Position numbers and translations under genes: made by a program. The notes below the pieces were generated by a model. That model ran no database searches, had not been told where the DNA came from, and worked only from the letters and a program-made list of their open reading frames with translations. Positions 36,401-51,000 of a stretch of 64,000 nucleotides of DNA are shown piece after piece. The stretch spans positions 1 to 64,000 of the forward strand of contig JAUCBJ010001126.1 of NCBI GenBank assembly GCA_032718475.1. Direction: 5' to 3'. Source of the stretch: Nemertoderma westbladi. Its lineage: Eukaryota > Animalia > Xenacoelomorpha. Each line of letters opens with the position of its first letter. Position 1 is the first letter of the stretch.

Positions 36401-38827
36401 CCCTCCGCCGGTGACAAACAAAAGTCTTAAATCATCCAAGGGTTAGGCGACCCCCGTATTGGCGACAGCGATCCACTGGTTGGGTGGTTACCATCAACCA
36501 ATCGCGGTGGCGCATTCTAGGCCTGGTCCGGGCAGTCTCGAGCAAAATGGCCCAACTTTCCGCATTGGTAGCAGTCTGTCTGGCTCTTCCCTGTAGGACA
36601 ACTGGCTGACATGTGACCTATTTCGCCACACCTAAAAAAAATATCAAAAAAATATAAGTATCAAAGTATTAGCTATGACACTAATAAACCGGATGGATGG
36701 AACCGGAAGTATGGTATAATAAGGAAAGCACCCAAAAAACGTAGTATGTCAAATTTCTTTAATTTATTATTTCTTTATCAATTTATTTATACAGTTGTAG
36801 TTTAGTTTAATTTATACCTACTTTTATAATTGCATTAGTATAACTTGCATTAGTTATTGTGTAACTGTGTAACGGAGAACCGGTACAGCTAGCTATACTG
36901 ATTGTGTACCGGTACAGCTACTTTCCACACCACTTTCACAAAGCCGTGCAAAGGGTGTCATTAGTGACACCTTCCCCTGTAGTATAGGCTATATCTTTAC
37001 GGAGCCGTACAGTCGTCTACAGTTCCCCAGTCTGCAGCTAGATGGGGAATTGTCTAATAGTGAAAACCTTCTCTAACTTTGTTATTTACAACCCTTTTAA
37101 GCTGAAACTTGGTAGGTATCGACTGCGGCATAGACTGTATCATTACGGAGCCGTAGATTCATCTACACTTCCATAGTCTGCCGGTAGAGGGCGAATTGTC
37201 TGATAGTAAAAATTTGATCTCATTTAGTTGTTTTAAATCCTTTTGAACTATATCGAACGGTATCTATTACGGCATAGGCTATATCTTTTACGGAGTCGCA
37301 GAGTAGTCTGAAGTTCCCCTGTCTGCCACTAGAGGGCTAATTGCCTTAAAGTGAAAACCTGATCTAATTTGGTTGTTTTTAATGCTTTTTTGCTGATAAT
37401 TGGTAGATGTGTATTAAACCATAGGGTGTATGTCTACGTCTAGGGAGTACGCCAAACAACCTGCAGTTCTCTATTCGACCGCTAGGGGGCGAAATGTCGG
37501 AAAGTGAAAACCTTCTCCCATTTCGATGTTTATAATGCTGTTCGGCTGATACTTGTCAGAGGTCTACCACACCATAGACAGCGTGTTTGTGGAGAACTCT
37601 GACCAATCTGCAATAGCTATGTCTGCCGTAGAGGGCAAAACGTCTGAAAGTTAACATATTCTCTAACTTTGTTATTTACAATCCGTTTAGACTGAAACTT
37701 GTCTAGGCATCTCTTATGGGGATGATGTTTCATTATATGGTGTCTGTTCCGTATGCAGTTCTCCAATCTGTCACTAATTTCTCCACACACTCATACTGTA
37801 TATTATCATCTATACGTCCCTCTTTAATAATATTCTTTGTACTGAGGTTTTCGAGAGGGCGCTGTTTCCAATGGTCCTATTCTATAAACGATCTAACCTA
37901 TAATTAATTAATTACGTCTACGAGGCATGCGTAATTAACAAATCTCGTTTACCATTTATCCATAAAATCTATGAAGCTATATTGCATATGACTTGTATGA
38001 GGGGCGACACATGAGGCAAGATGTTTTAGATATATTATTTATTACACCATTTTAAACCCTCACCCTCAGCATCACCCTCAGCATCACCCTCAGCCTCACA
38101 TCCGAGTCATTAGGTCTGCCTTAGACAAGAAATCTGAGGTTGGCTGCCACAGACAAGAAATCTGAGGTTGTATTGTCAAACATTGAGGTCCAGCAAAAGA
38201 TTGTAAAAGAGCTTGAATGAGAGTAAATGGTAGACGATCTAATTAATCTTTCATATACGCATACGTTGCTTTCTATCAATTCCCTAATTACCGCTTTTAT
38301 TTCTTGTGCGATTTCCTTTCTTATTGTTCAATTATTTTTTCGAGTATTTCCTCATTTTACCCCGATTGGGGGTGTTAATTGATTAATAAAAAAATTTAAT
38401 TGCTAATTACTTATTATTATTACTGAATGTAAAGAATAGTTAAAATGAATGTGGGTCAATGTGTGGTTTAATTTTAACGAACTACACGACACTACTAGGT
38501 GTGAATGGATTGTAACAAACTATACGACACTAGGTGTAAATGGATTGGAACAAACTACACGACAATAGTTTAACAATAATTGAGTCACACCTATCATCGA
38601 AAATTTGGCATCATAATATTTTGTTACATTATATATATTGTACATTATCTATTAATCATATAGCAATATAATTGTAATGTCTTTCTTCTAAGTGAAGGCT
38701 ATTTATTCATTTAATCATTATTCATTCATTCCTACCTGTCACAATATTATGCAGTGTAGGCCTTATTATTATCGTCTGCCCTATTAGTATATATTGTATA
38801 GAATTTTATAATTGCAGAATCAACAAC
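33497..38827 (+). repeat. Copy 2 of the ~4.3 kb duplicated unit
   Basis: Co-linear with copy 1; lacks the LTR element, LINE and 20.4 kb foldback; has its own insertion at 33587-34608 and an extra ~155 bp at ~37871-38028. Confidence 0.9.
33653..34611. mobile_element. Foldback element with long TIRs and an internal (GTCY)n microsatellite
   Basis: attataggaagggatctaggggtc...cccatcaca pairs with tgtgatggg...gatcccttcctataat (~100 bp); second IR pair ~33865-33917 / ~34404-34457. Confidence 0.85.
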
Positions 38828-39198
38828 TACGTAAAGTTATTTAAAAAGTATTCACTCATTTTACATACCGTGCGAATAAATTAATACACTACAAATTTTA
38901 AAATTATATCAATTTCAAAAAATGATACAATTATATTGTTGCTTAATTTACAAACCCTTTTTCTTAAATCCATTTTCACAAGTGTGAAATCAGTGACGAA
39001 TGAATGATTTTTTTGCAAAAAATTATTGCTGTTTGAGAAAAATTGTGGGGGACAGAGTTAGTACATATTATTAGGGAGTGGAGGTGAAATGAGACAATAA
39101 AGAAAAATATAAAACAAAAGAGAAATAGACAATAGAGAAAATAAAGCAACAGATGATGGTCGGATGGTCCATCATCTGAATGTTGTGTCATATCGTAC

Positions 39199-39766
39199 AC
39201 AAGGCGTACTATATACAAGGCCATGCCATCGAGTTAACTGGGGCGGTGACTCGGGGCAAGATTTTTTTTACAACTATTCGATATTTTGATATGGGGAGAA
39301 TTCTATAAATTTTCATTTGCTGCAAATTAATCAATGGACGTACTTGAAGCCTCCTCGTTAAGTAAGTTACAAAATTGTATGGTAGCTAGTGTTTTAGATA
39401 GGTTTAGCTAGTAATTTCGACACTGGTTCCGACATCCTATTTCCTTCTACAAATATTTTGTAGTAGCTAGTTCTTATTACTAATTGTATAGAAAATGTTC
39501 CAGAAGATGTTAGCTACCGGTATTTATTTAAAAAAAAATTATGTTCTAGAACAAATATTTTTTGTTCTAAAACATATTTTAGAAAAAAATCTGGATTCTA
39601 TTTAAAACGCATGGAATACGTTCTAAAACGTGTTTAAAATCAATAAAAAAAATTGTGAAAAAAAAATATTGTGAAAAAAAATGTTTGTTTATTGATTTTA
39701 AACACGATGACTTAACATCAGTTAACTCGATGGCATGGCCTTGTATAGGCGTATAGTACGCCTTGA
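39199..39766. mobile_element. MITE with ~40-bp TIRs
   Basis: caaggcgtactata..tacaaggccatgccatcgagttaactg pairs with cagttaactcgatggcatggccttgta..tatagtacgccttg. Confidence 0.7.
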
Positions 39767-40452
39767 TCGTACATCAGTATGTGTGGTGCAGTGTAGTTCA
39801 GTAGTTAGCTGTTTAGAACAGGAGGCACTGGTATGCGGTACCACTGTACCAGTAAGCATGTGGCAATTACCGGTACTGAATTACATAATTCAGGAATTAG
39901 CTGCAACTGTCTGACGTTTCTGGATTTTACCAAACTGAAAAGGTCAACAAAACCAATTCAGTAATTAACTGATTAAACCAACGTTTATACTAATTTGGAA
40001 TGGGGAATACCGCAATAGAGGTACCGTACCTGTAGCTGGAAGTTTACAAGGCACAACTCACAAGGTACCGTTAGCTTCCAAGTCCAGTACACACAGTTGG
40101 TGGTACTGGTAATGTCAGAGTCAGAGTGTAGGTTAGTATAGTAGGTATAGGTACCGATACAGAACCGGTTAGGGAAGGGTTCGCGAAATGCGTTTCACCA
40201 AATTCAGAAATTATTACACCTTTTGTTTTACTTTTATACCTATTATTATAAATATTATATATATATAAGCAATAATTATTCGACCCAAAGACTGAAAGAC
40301 CATTCCATATATAATTGAAATTATAAAAATCTGAAAATAGTACCTATAAAATAGGAGAACTAGAAGAAGGAAATAGGAGAAGAACTATAAATTTGACAGG
40401 CAAACGGGTACCGGTACCTCTATTGTGTTCGTGACAGAGGCAAAGCCAAACG

Positions 40453-40746
40453 ATGGCCGATGAGTTCGTTCGCAACGAAATAGCAGCAAACAAAATCGTT
40501 GTCTTCTCTAAAAGTTACTGCCCTTACTGTAAGATGGCGAAGGACTCACTCAAAAAAGTGGGAGCAAACCCGAAAGTAATCGAGATTAACGGTCGTCCAG
40601 ATGGAAGGGAAATACAACAAGCACTTAGTGGTATAAGCGGATCGCATACGGTCCCCCAGGTATTCATTGACGGTAAATCTATAGGAGGGGGTACCGAAAC
40701 GAAAGCTCTCGAGAAAAATGGAGAATTAGCGAAAATGGTCAAGTGA
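40453..40746 (+). CDS. GLRX: Dithiol glutaredoxin (CPYC), intronless
   Basis: IVVFSKSYCPYCKMAK...IQQAL..ISGSHTVPQVFIDGKSIGGG. Confidence 0.95.
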   Translation: MADEFVRNEIAANKIVVFSKSYCPYCKMAKDSLKKVGANPKVIEINGRPDGREIQQALSGISGSHTVPQVFIDGKSIGGGTETKALEKNGELAKMVK

Positions 40747-41686
40747 AAAAACATTTGGAATGGTCATGAGACTGGATACGGATACGAATAATGGATTCGA
40801 ATCGCAGAATTAAAATCTCACAGCACTCCAACACTATAACCGTATGATTGCTGCAGTACTGCTTCATTACGATACGATACGAATAAGGACGACAATTAAT
40901 TTAGAAATTAACCTTCACAATTATTTAGGTGTATAATTCGACTTTACTTTATGAATATTCCCAGTCAACATAGCCGCGTACCGATGTCACGGCATATTTG
41001 CCTCCTAGGTCCCTAGGTTCAAGGTCCCCAGGCCCCTAGGGGGGGGGTGTTGGTCATTTTCGCCTGTCCCACTGGTACTATATAACCAAATCATAAAATA
41101 TATTTACTCAGGTACTAACCATTTATTAGTATTATATTATTGTGTGTGTGTAATAAATAACCATAATCCTTGAAGACACTGAGACGCTGGAAAAGTTTTA
41201 AATATTTTCAACTCGAGATCAAAACCACTTAAACCGAAAAATCTATTTCCGATTCGAAAAAGAAGTCTAGGTTCACTTAATAGTATAATATTACAATAAA
41301 TGATACGTTAATTTGTTGTCGTTACTAAGTTGTTTTTCGGTTTATTTTTATTCCATGGCGTTGTGGCTTCCTAATTTATAATCGTCTGTTGTCGTTGATT
41401 TGGCTGATTTTTGTTGTTTATGTGTTTAGTTTAGCTATGCAAGATATTGTAGCAAATTATAATTAGTAATTCGATTCATGTTAATTGGATAGAACAACAT
41501 TTGATAATTATTTTGACAAATTGATAATAAAAGGCAAAAATAAATGTAAAACCCATTTTGGATCCAGTAATGAGTACCACTCTACCTATAGTTTACGTGT
41601 ATCACTTGGACATGGTTCCGCCACAAGTGACCAATCACATACTTACCTGTAGCACTTAGTACCGCCACCAGTGACCAATCACATAC

Positions 41687-41958
41687 TTACTTGTAGCACT
41701 TAGGTCCATTTCCATCTGTGCGGGTCTTATTGGGGCAGTCCCTGGCGTAGTGGCCCGACTCTCCGCACACGTAACAGGATTGTCCGCTGCCTCGCCCCTC
41801 GCTGCTACTACAATCCCGGGCAACGTGCCCAGACTCGCCACACGCGTAGCACGTCTGTCCAACACTCTTCCTGGGACAGTCGCGAGCCATATGACCCTCC
41901 TCGTTGCAGTTGTAACACAGGACCACACCGCGACCAGGTCCACGACCCCCTTCAGTAT
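41687..41958 (-). CDS. CNBP: CNBP-like CCHC zinc-knuckle protein, coding exon 3 (three knuckles)
   Basis: Acceptor tttttag at 41959; CYNCNEEGHMARDC, CYACGESGHVARDC, CYVCGESGHYARDC; ends KCYK-TAA, overlapping a GTAAGT donor at 41690; phase 1 matches the previous exon. Confidence 0.85.
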
Positions 41959-42014
41959 CTAAAAACGATAAAGTTTTATTATACTGTAACGCGTTTTTCT
42001 GGAGTAAAATGAAA

Positions 42015-45000
42015 TACGCAAAGTGTGAACATTTACTTGAGTTGGTAAATCCCTCGCGAATTGTGCACACTTAGTTCGGTTGGTGCAATCCCTCACGAAG
42101 TATGAACACTTACTTAGGTTGGTACAATCCCCCGCGAAGTGTATGAACACTTACTTGGGTTGGTACAATCACTCACGAAGTGTGAACGATTACTTGGATT
42201 GGTACAAACCCTCGCGAAGTGTGAACACTTACTTGGGTTGTTACAATCCCTCACGAAGTGTGAACGATTACTTGGGTTGGTACAATCCCTCGCGAAGTGT
42301 GAACACTTACTTCGATTGGTGAAATCCCTCGCGAAGTGTGAACACTTACTTGGGTTGGTGCTATCCCTCGCGGAGTGTGAACATTTACTTGGGTTGGTAC
42401 AATCCCTCACGAAGTGTGAACGATTACTTGGGTTTGTACAATCCCTCGCGAAATGTGAACACTTAGTTCGGTTGGTGCAATCCCTCGCGAAGTGTATGAA
42501 CACTTACTTGGGTTGGTACAATCCCTCACGAAGTGTGAACGATTACTTGGATTGGTACAATCCTTCGCGAAGTGTGAACACTTACTTGGGATGGTGCAAT
42601 CCCTCGCGAAGAGTGAACAGCTTGGGTTGTTACAATCCCTCACGAAGTGTGAACGATTACTTGGGTTTGTACAATCCCTCGCGAAATGTGAACACTTAGT
42701 TCGGTTGGTGCAATCCCTCGCGAAGTGTGAACACTTACTTGGGTTGGTGCTATCCCTCGCGGAGTGTGAACATTTACTTGGGTTGGTACAATCCCTCGCG
42801 AATTGTGAACACTTACATGGGATGGTATAATCCCTCGCGAAGTGTTCGCCTGAACACTTATATACTTTGGTTGGTACAATCCCTCGCGTAGTGTGAACAC
42901 TAACTTGGGTTGGTACAATCCCTAGTTACTTGGGTTGGTGCAATCCCTCGCGAAGTGTGAACATTTACTTGGGTTGGTAAATCCCTCGCGAATTGTGAAC
43001 AATTAGTGGGATGGTACAATCCTTCGCGAAGTTTTCACCTGAACACTTATATACTTGGGTTGGTACATTCCCTCGCGAAGTGTTCGCCTGAACACTCATA
43101 TACTTGGGTTGGTACAATCCCTCGCGAAGTGTGAACACTTACTTGGTTTGGTCGCGAAGTGTGAACATTTACTTGGGTTGGTACAATCCCTCGCGAATTG
43201 TGAACATTTACTTGGGTTGGTAGAATCCCTCGCGAAGTATAAACACTTACTTGGTTTGGTCGCGAAGTGTGAACATTTACTTGGGTTGGTACAATCCCTC
43301 GCGAATTGTGAACACTTACTTGGGATGGTACAATCCCTCGCGAAGTGTTCGCCTGAACACTCATATACTTGGGTTGGTACAATCCCTCGCGAAGTGTGAA
43401 CACTTACTTGGGTTGGTCGCGAAGTGTGAACATTTACTTGGGTTGGTACAATCCCTCGCGAATTGTGAACACTTACTTGGGATGGTACAATCCCTCGCGA
43501 AGTGTTCGCCTGAACACTCATATACTTGGGTTGGTACAATCCCTCGCGAAGTGTGAACACTTACTTGGGTTGGTCGCGAAGTGTGAACATTTACTTGGGT
43601 TGGTACAATCCCTCGCGAATTGTGAACATTTACTTGGGTTGGTAGAATCCCTCGCGAAGTATAAACACTTACTTGGGTTGGTACAATCACTCACGACGTG
43701 TGAACGATTACTTGGGTTGGTACAATCCCTCGCGAAGTGTTAACACATACTTGGGTTGGTACAACCACTCACGACGTGTGAACGATTACTTGGGTTGGTA
43801 CAATCCCTCGCGAAGTGTGAACACATATTTGGGATGGTGCAATTCCTCGCGAAGTGTGAACACTTACTTGGGTTGATGCAATTCCTCGCGAAGTGTGAAC
43901 ACTTACTTGGGTTGGTGCAATCCCTCGCGAAGTGTGAACATTTACTTGGGTTGGTACAATCCCTCGCGATTTGTGAACACTTACTTGGGATGGTACAATC
44001 CCTCGCGAAGTGTGAACACATACTTGGGTTGGTACAACCACTCACGACGTGTGAACGATTACTTGGGTTGGTACAATCCCTCGCGAAGTGTGAACACATA
44101 TTTGGGATGGTGCAATCCCTCGCGAAGTGTGAACACTTACTTGGGTTGATGCAATTCCTCGCGAAGTGTGAACACTTACTTGGGTTGGTGCAATCCCTCG
44201 CGAAGTGTGAACATTTACTTGGGTTGATACAATCCCTCGCGATTTGTGAACACTTACTTGGGATGGTACAAACCCCCGCGAAGTGTTCGCCTGAACACTT
44301 ATATACTTGGGTTGGAACAATCCCTCGCGAAGTTAGAACACTTACTTGGGTTGGTACAATCCCTCACGAAGTGCAAACGATTACTTGGATTGGTACAATC
44401 CCTCGCGAAGTGTGAACACTTACTTGGGTTGGTACAATCCCTCACGAAGTTGAAACGATTACTTGGATTGGTACAATCCCTCGCGAAGTTTGAACACTTA
44501 CTTGGGTTGGTACAATCCCTCACGAAGTGCAAACGATTACTTGGATTGGTACAATCCCTCGCGAAGTTTGAACACTTACTTGGGTTGGTACAATCCCTCA
44601 CGAAGTGCAAACGATTACTTCGATTGGTACAATCCCTCGCGAAGTTTGAACACTTACTTGGGTTGGTACAATCCCTCACGAAGTGCAAACGATTACTTGG
44701 ATTGGTACAATCCCTCACGAAGTGCAAACGATTACTTGAATTGGTATAATCCCTCGCGAAGTGTGAACACTTACTTGGGATGGTGCAATCCCTCGCGAAG
44801 TGTGAAAACTTGCTTGGGTTGTTACAATCCCTCACGAAGTGTGAACACTTACTTGGGTTGGTGCAATCACTCACGAAGTGTGAACGATTACTTGGGTTGG
44901 TACAATCCCTCGCGAAGTGTGAACACTTACTTGGGTTGGTACAATCCCTCGCGAAGTGTGAACACTTACTTGGGTTGGTACAATCCCTCACGAAGTGTGG

Positions 45001-48000
45001 ACACTTACTTGGGTTGGTGCAATCACTCACGAAGTGTGAACGATTACTTGGGTTGGTGCAATCCCTCGCGGAGTGTGAACATTTACTTGGGTTGGTACAA
45101 ACCCTCGCGAATTGTGAACACTTACTTGGTTTGGTACAATCCCACGCGAAGTATGTGAACACTTACTTGGGTTGGTGCAATCCCTCGCGGAGTGTGAACA
45201 CTTACTTGGTTTGGTAGTGGTACAATCCCTCGCGAAGAATGAACACTTACTTGGTTTGGTACAATACCTCGCGAAGTATGAACACTTACTTGGTTTGGTA
45301 CAATACCTTGCGAAGTATGAATGAACACTTACTTGGGTTGGTACAATCTCTCGCGAAGTGTGTGAACACTTATTTGGTTTGGTACAATACCTCGCGAAGT
45401 ATGAACACTTACTTGGGTTGGTACAATCCCTCGCGAAGTGTGAACACTTACTTGGGTTGGTAGTGGTACAATCCCTCGCGAAGTGTGAACACTTACTTGG
45501 GTTGGTGCAATCCCTCGCGAAGTGTGAACACTTACTTGGGTTGGTAGTGGTACAATCCCTCGCGAAGTGTGAACACTTACTTGGGTTGGTAGTGGTACAA
45601 TCCCTCGCGAAGTGTGAACACTTACTTGGGTTGGTACAATCCCTCGCGAAGTGTGAACATTTACTTGGGTTGGTACAATCCCTCGCGAAATGTGAACACT
45701 TACTTGGGTTGGTACAACCCCTCGCGAAGTGTGAACACTTACTTGGGTTGGTACAATCCCTCGCGAAGTGTGAACACTTACTTGGGTTGGTGCAATCCCT
45801 CGCGAAGTGTGAACACTTACTTGGGTTGGTACAATCCCTCGCGAAGTGTGAACACTTACTTGGGTTGGTACAATCCCTCGCGAAGTGTGAACACTTACTT
45901 GGGTTGGTACAATCCCACGCAAAGTGTGAACACTTACTTGGGTTGGTACAATCCCTCGCGAAGTGTGAACACTTACTTCGGTTGGTACAATCCCTCGCGA
46001 AGTGTAAACACTTACTTGGGTTGGTACAATCCCTCACGAAGTGCAAACGATTACTTCGATTGGTACAATCCCTCGCGAAGTTTGAACACTTACTTGGGTT
46101 GGTACAATCCCTCACGAAGTGCAAACGATTACTTGGATTGGTACAATCCCTCACGAAGTGCAAACGATTACTTGAATTGGTATAATCCCTCGCGAAGTGT
46201 GAACACTTACTTGGGATGGTGCAATCCCTCGCGAAGTGTGAAAACTTGCTTGGGTTGTTACAATCCCTCACGAAGTGTGAACACTTACTTGGGTTGGTGC
46301 AATCACTCACGAAGTGTGAACGATTACTTGGGTTGGTACAATCCCTCGCGAAGTGTGAACACTTACTTGGGTTGGTACAATCCCTCGCGAAGTGTGAACA
46401 CTTACTTGGGTTGGTACAATCCCTCACGAAGTGTGGACACTTACTTGGGTTGGTGCAATCACTCACGAAGTGTGAACGATTACTTGGGTTGGTGCAATCC
46501 CTCGCGGAGTGTGAACATTTACTTGGGTTGGTACAAACTCTCGCGAATTGTGAACACTTACTTGGTTTGGTACAATCCCACGCGAAGTATGTGAACACTT
46601 ACTTGGGTTGGTGCAATCCCTCGCGGAGTGTGAACACTTACTTGGTTTGGTAGTGGTACAATCCCTCGCGAAGAATGAACACTTACTTGGTTTGGTACAA
46701 TACCTCGCGAAGTATGAACACTTACTTGGTTTGGTACAATACCTTGCGAAGTATGAATGAACACTTACTTGGGTTGGTACAATCTCTCGCGAAGTGTGTG
46801 AACACTTATTTGGTTTGGTACAATACCTCGCGAAGTATGAACACTTACTTGGGTTGGTACAATCCCTCGCGAAGTGTGAACACTTACTTGGGTTGGTAGT
46901 GGTACAATCCCTCGCGAAGTGTGAACACTTACTTGGGTTGGTGCAATCCCTCGCGAAGTGTGAACACTTACTTGGGTTGGTAGTGGTACAATCCCTCGCG
47001 AAGTGTGAACACTTACTTGGGTTGGTAGTGGTACAATCCCTCGCGAAGTGTGAACACTTACTTGGGTTGGTACAATCCCTCGCGAAGTGTGAACATTTAC
47101 TTGGGTTGGTACAATCCCTCGCGAAATGTGAACACTTACTTGGGTTGGTACAACCCCTCGCGAAGTGTGAACACTTACTTGGGTTGGTACAATCCCTCGC
47201 GAAGTGTGAACACTTACTTGGGTTGGTGCAATCCCTCGCGAAGTGTGAACACTTACTTGGGTTGGTACAATCCCTCGCGAAGTGTGAACACTTACTTGGG
47301 TTGGTACAATCCCTCGCGAAGTGTGAACACTTACTTGGGTTGGTACAATCCCACGCAAAGTGTGAACACTTACTTGGGTTGGTACAATCCCTCGCGAAGT
47401 GTGAACACTTACTTCGGTTGGTACAATCCCTCGCGAAGTGTAAACACTTACTTGGGTTGGTACAATCCATCACTAAGTGTGAACACTTACTTGGGTTGGT
47501 AGTGGTACTACTACTACTACTACTAGGTCGAGCGAACTCGGACAGTGGAAATGAGATCCTTCCAGGCTTCCCGATTCTCCATAGTTGTCGCAATTTCGTT
47601 TCTCCCAAGTGCAGTATCCCTTTCAAGTTGATCTATATATGTTATGGCAGGTCGTCCACGACTACGCTTTCCATGAGTTGGTTGCCAGAGAAGTAGATCT
47701 GGTATGACCTCGTCTTTACTTCGCCAGCAGTGCCCACTGAATCTTAATTTGCGTTCACGGAGGGTGGTTGATACAGGTGGTATTGTATCATAAAGCTCGG
47801 CGTTTGTCATGTGTTGTCTCCAGCTGATGTTTAGGGCTGCCCTTAGTAGTCTTGTGTAGCAACCATCAATTCGTTGTTCAAGTGATTTAGTCAGTGTCCA
47901 GGTCTCACCCCCGTATAAAAATACACTTTCCACTGTGGCTCGAAAGAACTTAGTCTTCAGGTGCCTGGAGAGATCTGATTTCCAGATGGTAACCATTTTT

Positions 48001-51000
48001 GATAGAGCTACTCAAGCCTTTGCTTTCCTAACTTCTATGTCATTTTTGCTACTCTCTATCCATGATCCAAGGTACTGGAAGTCATCGACCTTCCTTAGTT
48101 GATTATTATCAATGGTTGTCAAATTTCCATCAACATTAAAGGTCATGAATTCAGTCTTTGTAGCATTTATATGCAATCCAACCTCCTTAGCAGCCCTCTC
48201 CACTTTATTTAGTAGAAGCTGTGCGTCTGCTAGCGTATTAGAGAGCAGGGCGATGTCATCCGCAAAGTCGGTGTCTGTGACTGTAGTTGCCGGATATCTA
48301 CTACTTCTGCGTTTTTGAAGTGTGAATCCCAGATCTTCACCCTTTGTGGCCGTCCTCATTGCGTAATCCAGCACAATTACAAATAGTAATGGTGCTAATG
48401 TGTCACCTTGCAGTACGCCAGCCAGGATTGAGAAAAACTCAGTTTCAACATCTGGTGAGAGTACCTGCGCTTCTGTGTCACAATATAACAATCCAATGCC
48501 AGCAACAATTACTTCTGGTATTCCATAAGCTCTTAGTATTTCAAGTATTTTACCTCTTTGGTAGTGGTACAATCCCACGCAAAGTGTGAACACTTACTTG
48601 GGTTGGTACAATCCCTCGCGAAGTATGAACACTTACTTCGGTTGGTACAATCCCTCGCGAAGTGTGAACACTTACTTGGGTTGGTAGTGGTACAATCCCA
48701 CGCAAAGTGTGAACACTTACTTGGGTTGGTACAATCCCTCGCGAAGTGTGAACACTTACTTGGGTTGGTACAATCCCTCGCGAAGTGTGAACACTTACTT
48801 GGGTTGGTACAATCCCTCGCGAATTGTGAACACTTACTTGGGATGGTACAATCCTTCGCGAAGTGTTCACCTGCACACTTATAAACTTGGGTTGGTTTGG
48901 TACAATCCCTCGCGAAGTGTATGAACACTTGGGTTGGTACAATCCCTCGCGAATTGTGAACACTTACTTGGGATGGTACAATCCTTCGCGAAGTGTTCAC
49001 CTGAACACTTATAAACTTGGGTTGGTACAATCCCTCGCGAAGTGTATGAACACTTACTTGGGTTGGTACAATCCCTCGCGAAGTGTGAACACTTACTTGG
49101 GTTGGTACAATCCCTCACGAAGTGTGAACACTTACTTGGGTTGGTACAATCCCTCGCGAATTGTGAACACTTACTTGGGATGGTACAATCCTTCGCGAAA
49201 TGTTCACCTGAACACTTATAAACTTGGGTTGGTTCAATCCCTCGCGAAGTGTATGAACACTTACTTGGGTTGGTACAATCCCTCGCGAAGTGTATGAACA
49301 CTTATTTGGGTTGGTACAACCCCTCGTGAATTGTGAACACTTACTTGGGATGGTACAATCCTTCGCGAAGTGTATGAACACTTGGGTTGGTACAATCCCT
49401 CGCGAATTGTGAACACTTACTTGGGATGGTACAATCCTTCGCGAAGTGTTCACCTGAACACTTATAAACTTGGGTTGGTACAATCCCTCGCGAAGTGTAT
49501 GAACACTTACTTGGGTAGGTACAATCCCTCGCGAAGTGTGAACACTTACTTGGGTTGGTACAATCCCTCACGAAGTGTGAACACTTACTTGGGTTGGTAC
49601 AATCCCTCGCGAATTGTGAACACTTACTTGGGATGGTACAATCCTTCGCGAAATGTTCACCTGAACACTTATAAACTTGGGTTGGTTCAATCCCTCGCGA
49701 AGTGTATGAACACTTACTTGGGTTGGTACAATCCCTCGTGAAGTGTATGAACACTTATTTGGGTTGGTACAACCCCTCGTGAATTGTGAACACTTACTTG
49801 GGATGGTACAATCCCTCACGAAGTGTATGAACACTTACTTGGGTTGGTACAACCCCTCGTGAATTGTGAACACTTACTTGGGATGGTACAATCCTTCGCG
49901 AAATGTTCACCTGAACACTTATAAACTTGGGTTGGTTCAATCCCTCGCGAAGTGTATGAACACTTATTTGGGTTGGTACAACCCCTCGTGAATTGTGAAC
50001 ACTTACTTGGGTTGGTACAATCCCTCGCGAAGTGTATGAACACTTACTTGGGTTGGTACAACCCCTCGTGAATTGTGAACACTTACTTGGGATGGTACAA
50101 TCCCTCACGAAGTGTATGAACACTTACTTGGGTTGGTACAATCCTTCGCGAAGTGTTCACCTGAACACTTATAAACTTGGGTTGGTACAATCCCTCGCGA
50201 AGTGTATTAACACTTACTTGGGTTGGTACAATCCCTCGCGAAGTATGAACACTTACTTGGGATGGTACAATCCTTCGCGAAGTGTTCACCTGAACACTTA
50301 TAAACTTGGGTTGGTACAATCCCTCGCGAAGTGTATGAACACTTACTTGGGTTGGTACAATCCCTCGCGAATTGTGAACACTTACTTGGGATGGTACAAT
50401 CCTTCGCGAAATGTTCACCTGAACACTTATAAACTTGGGTTGGTTCAATCCCTCGCGAAGTGTATGAACACTTACTTGGGTTGGTACAATCCCTCGTGAA
50501 GTGTATGAACACTTATTTGGGTTGGTACAACCCCTCGTGAATTGTGAACACTTACTTGGGATGGTACAATCCCTCACGAAGTGTATGAACACTTACTTGG
50601 GTTGGTACAACCCCTCGTGAATTGTGAACACTTACTTGGGATGGTACAATCCTTCGCGAAATGTTCACCTGAACACTTATAAACTTGGGTTGGTTCAATC
50701 CCTCGCGAAGTGTATGAACACTTATTTGGGTTGGTACAACCCCTCGTGAATTGTGAACACTTACTTGGGTTGGTACAATCCCTCGCGAAGTGTATGAACA
50801 CTTACTTGGGTTGGTACAACCCCTCGTGAATTGTGAACACTTACTTGGGATGGTACAATCCCTCACGAAGTGTATGAACACTTACTTGGGTTGGTACAAT
50901 CCTTCGCGAAGTGTTCACCTGAACACTTATAAACTTGGGTTGGTACAATCCCTCGCGAAGTGTATTAACACTTACTTGGGTTGGTACAATCCCTCGCGAA

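Noticed and set aside
40170-40215. Additional CNBP exon (minus strand GETHFAN)
   Set aside because: No cysteines or acceptor in the right phase; chance similarity.
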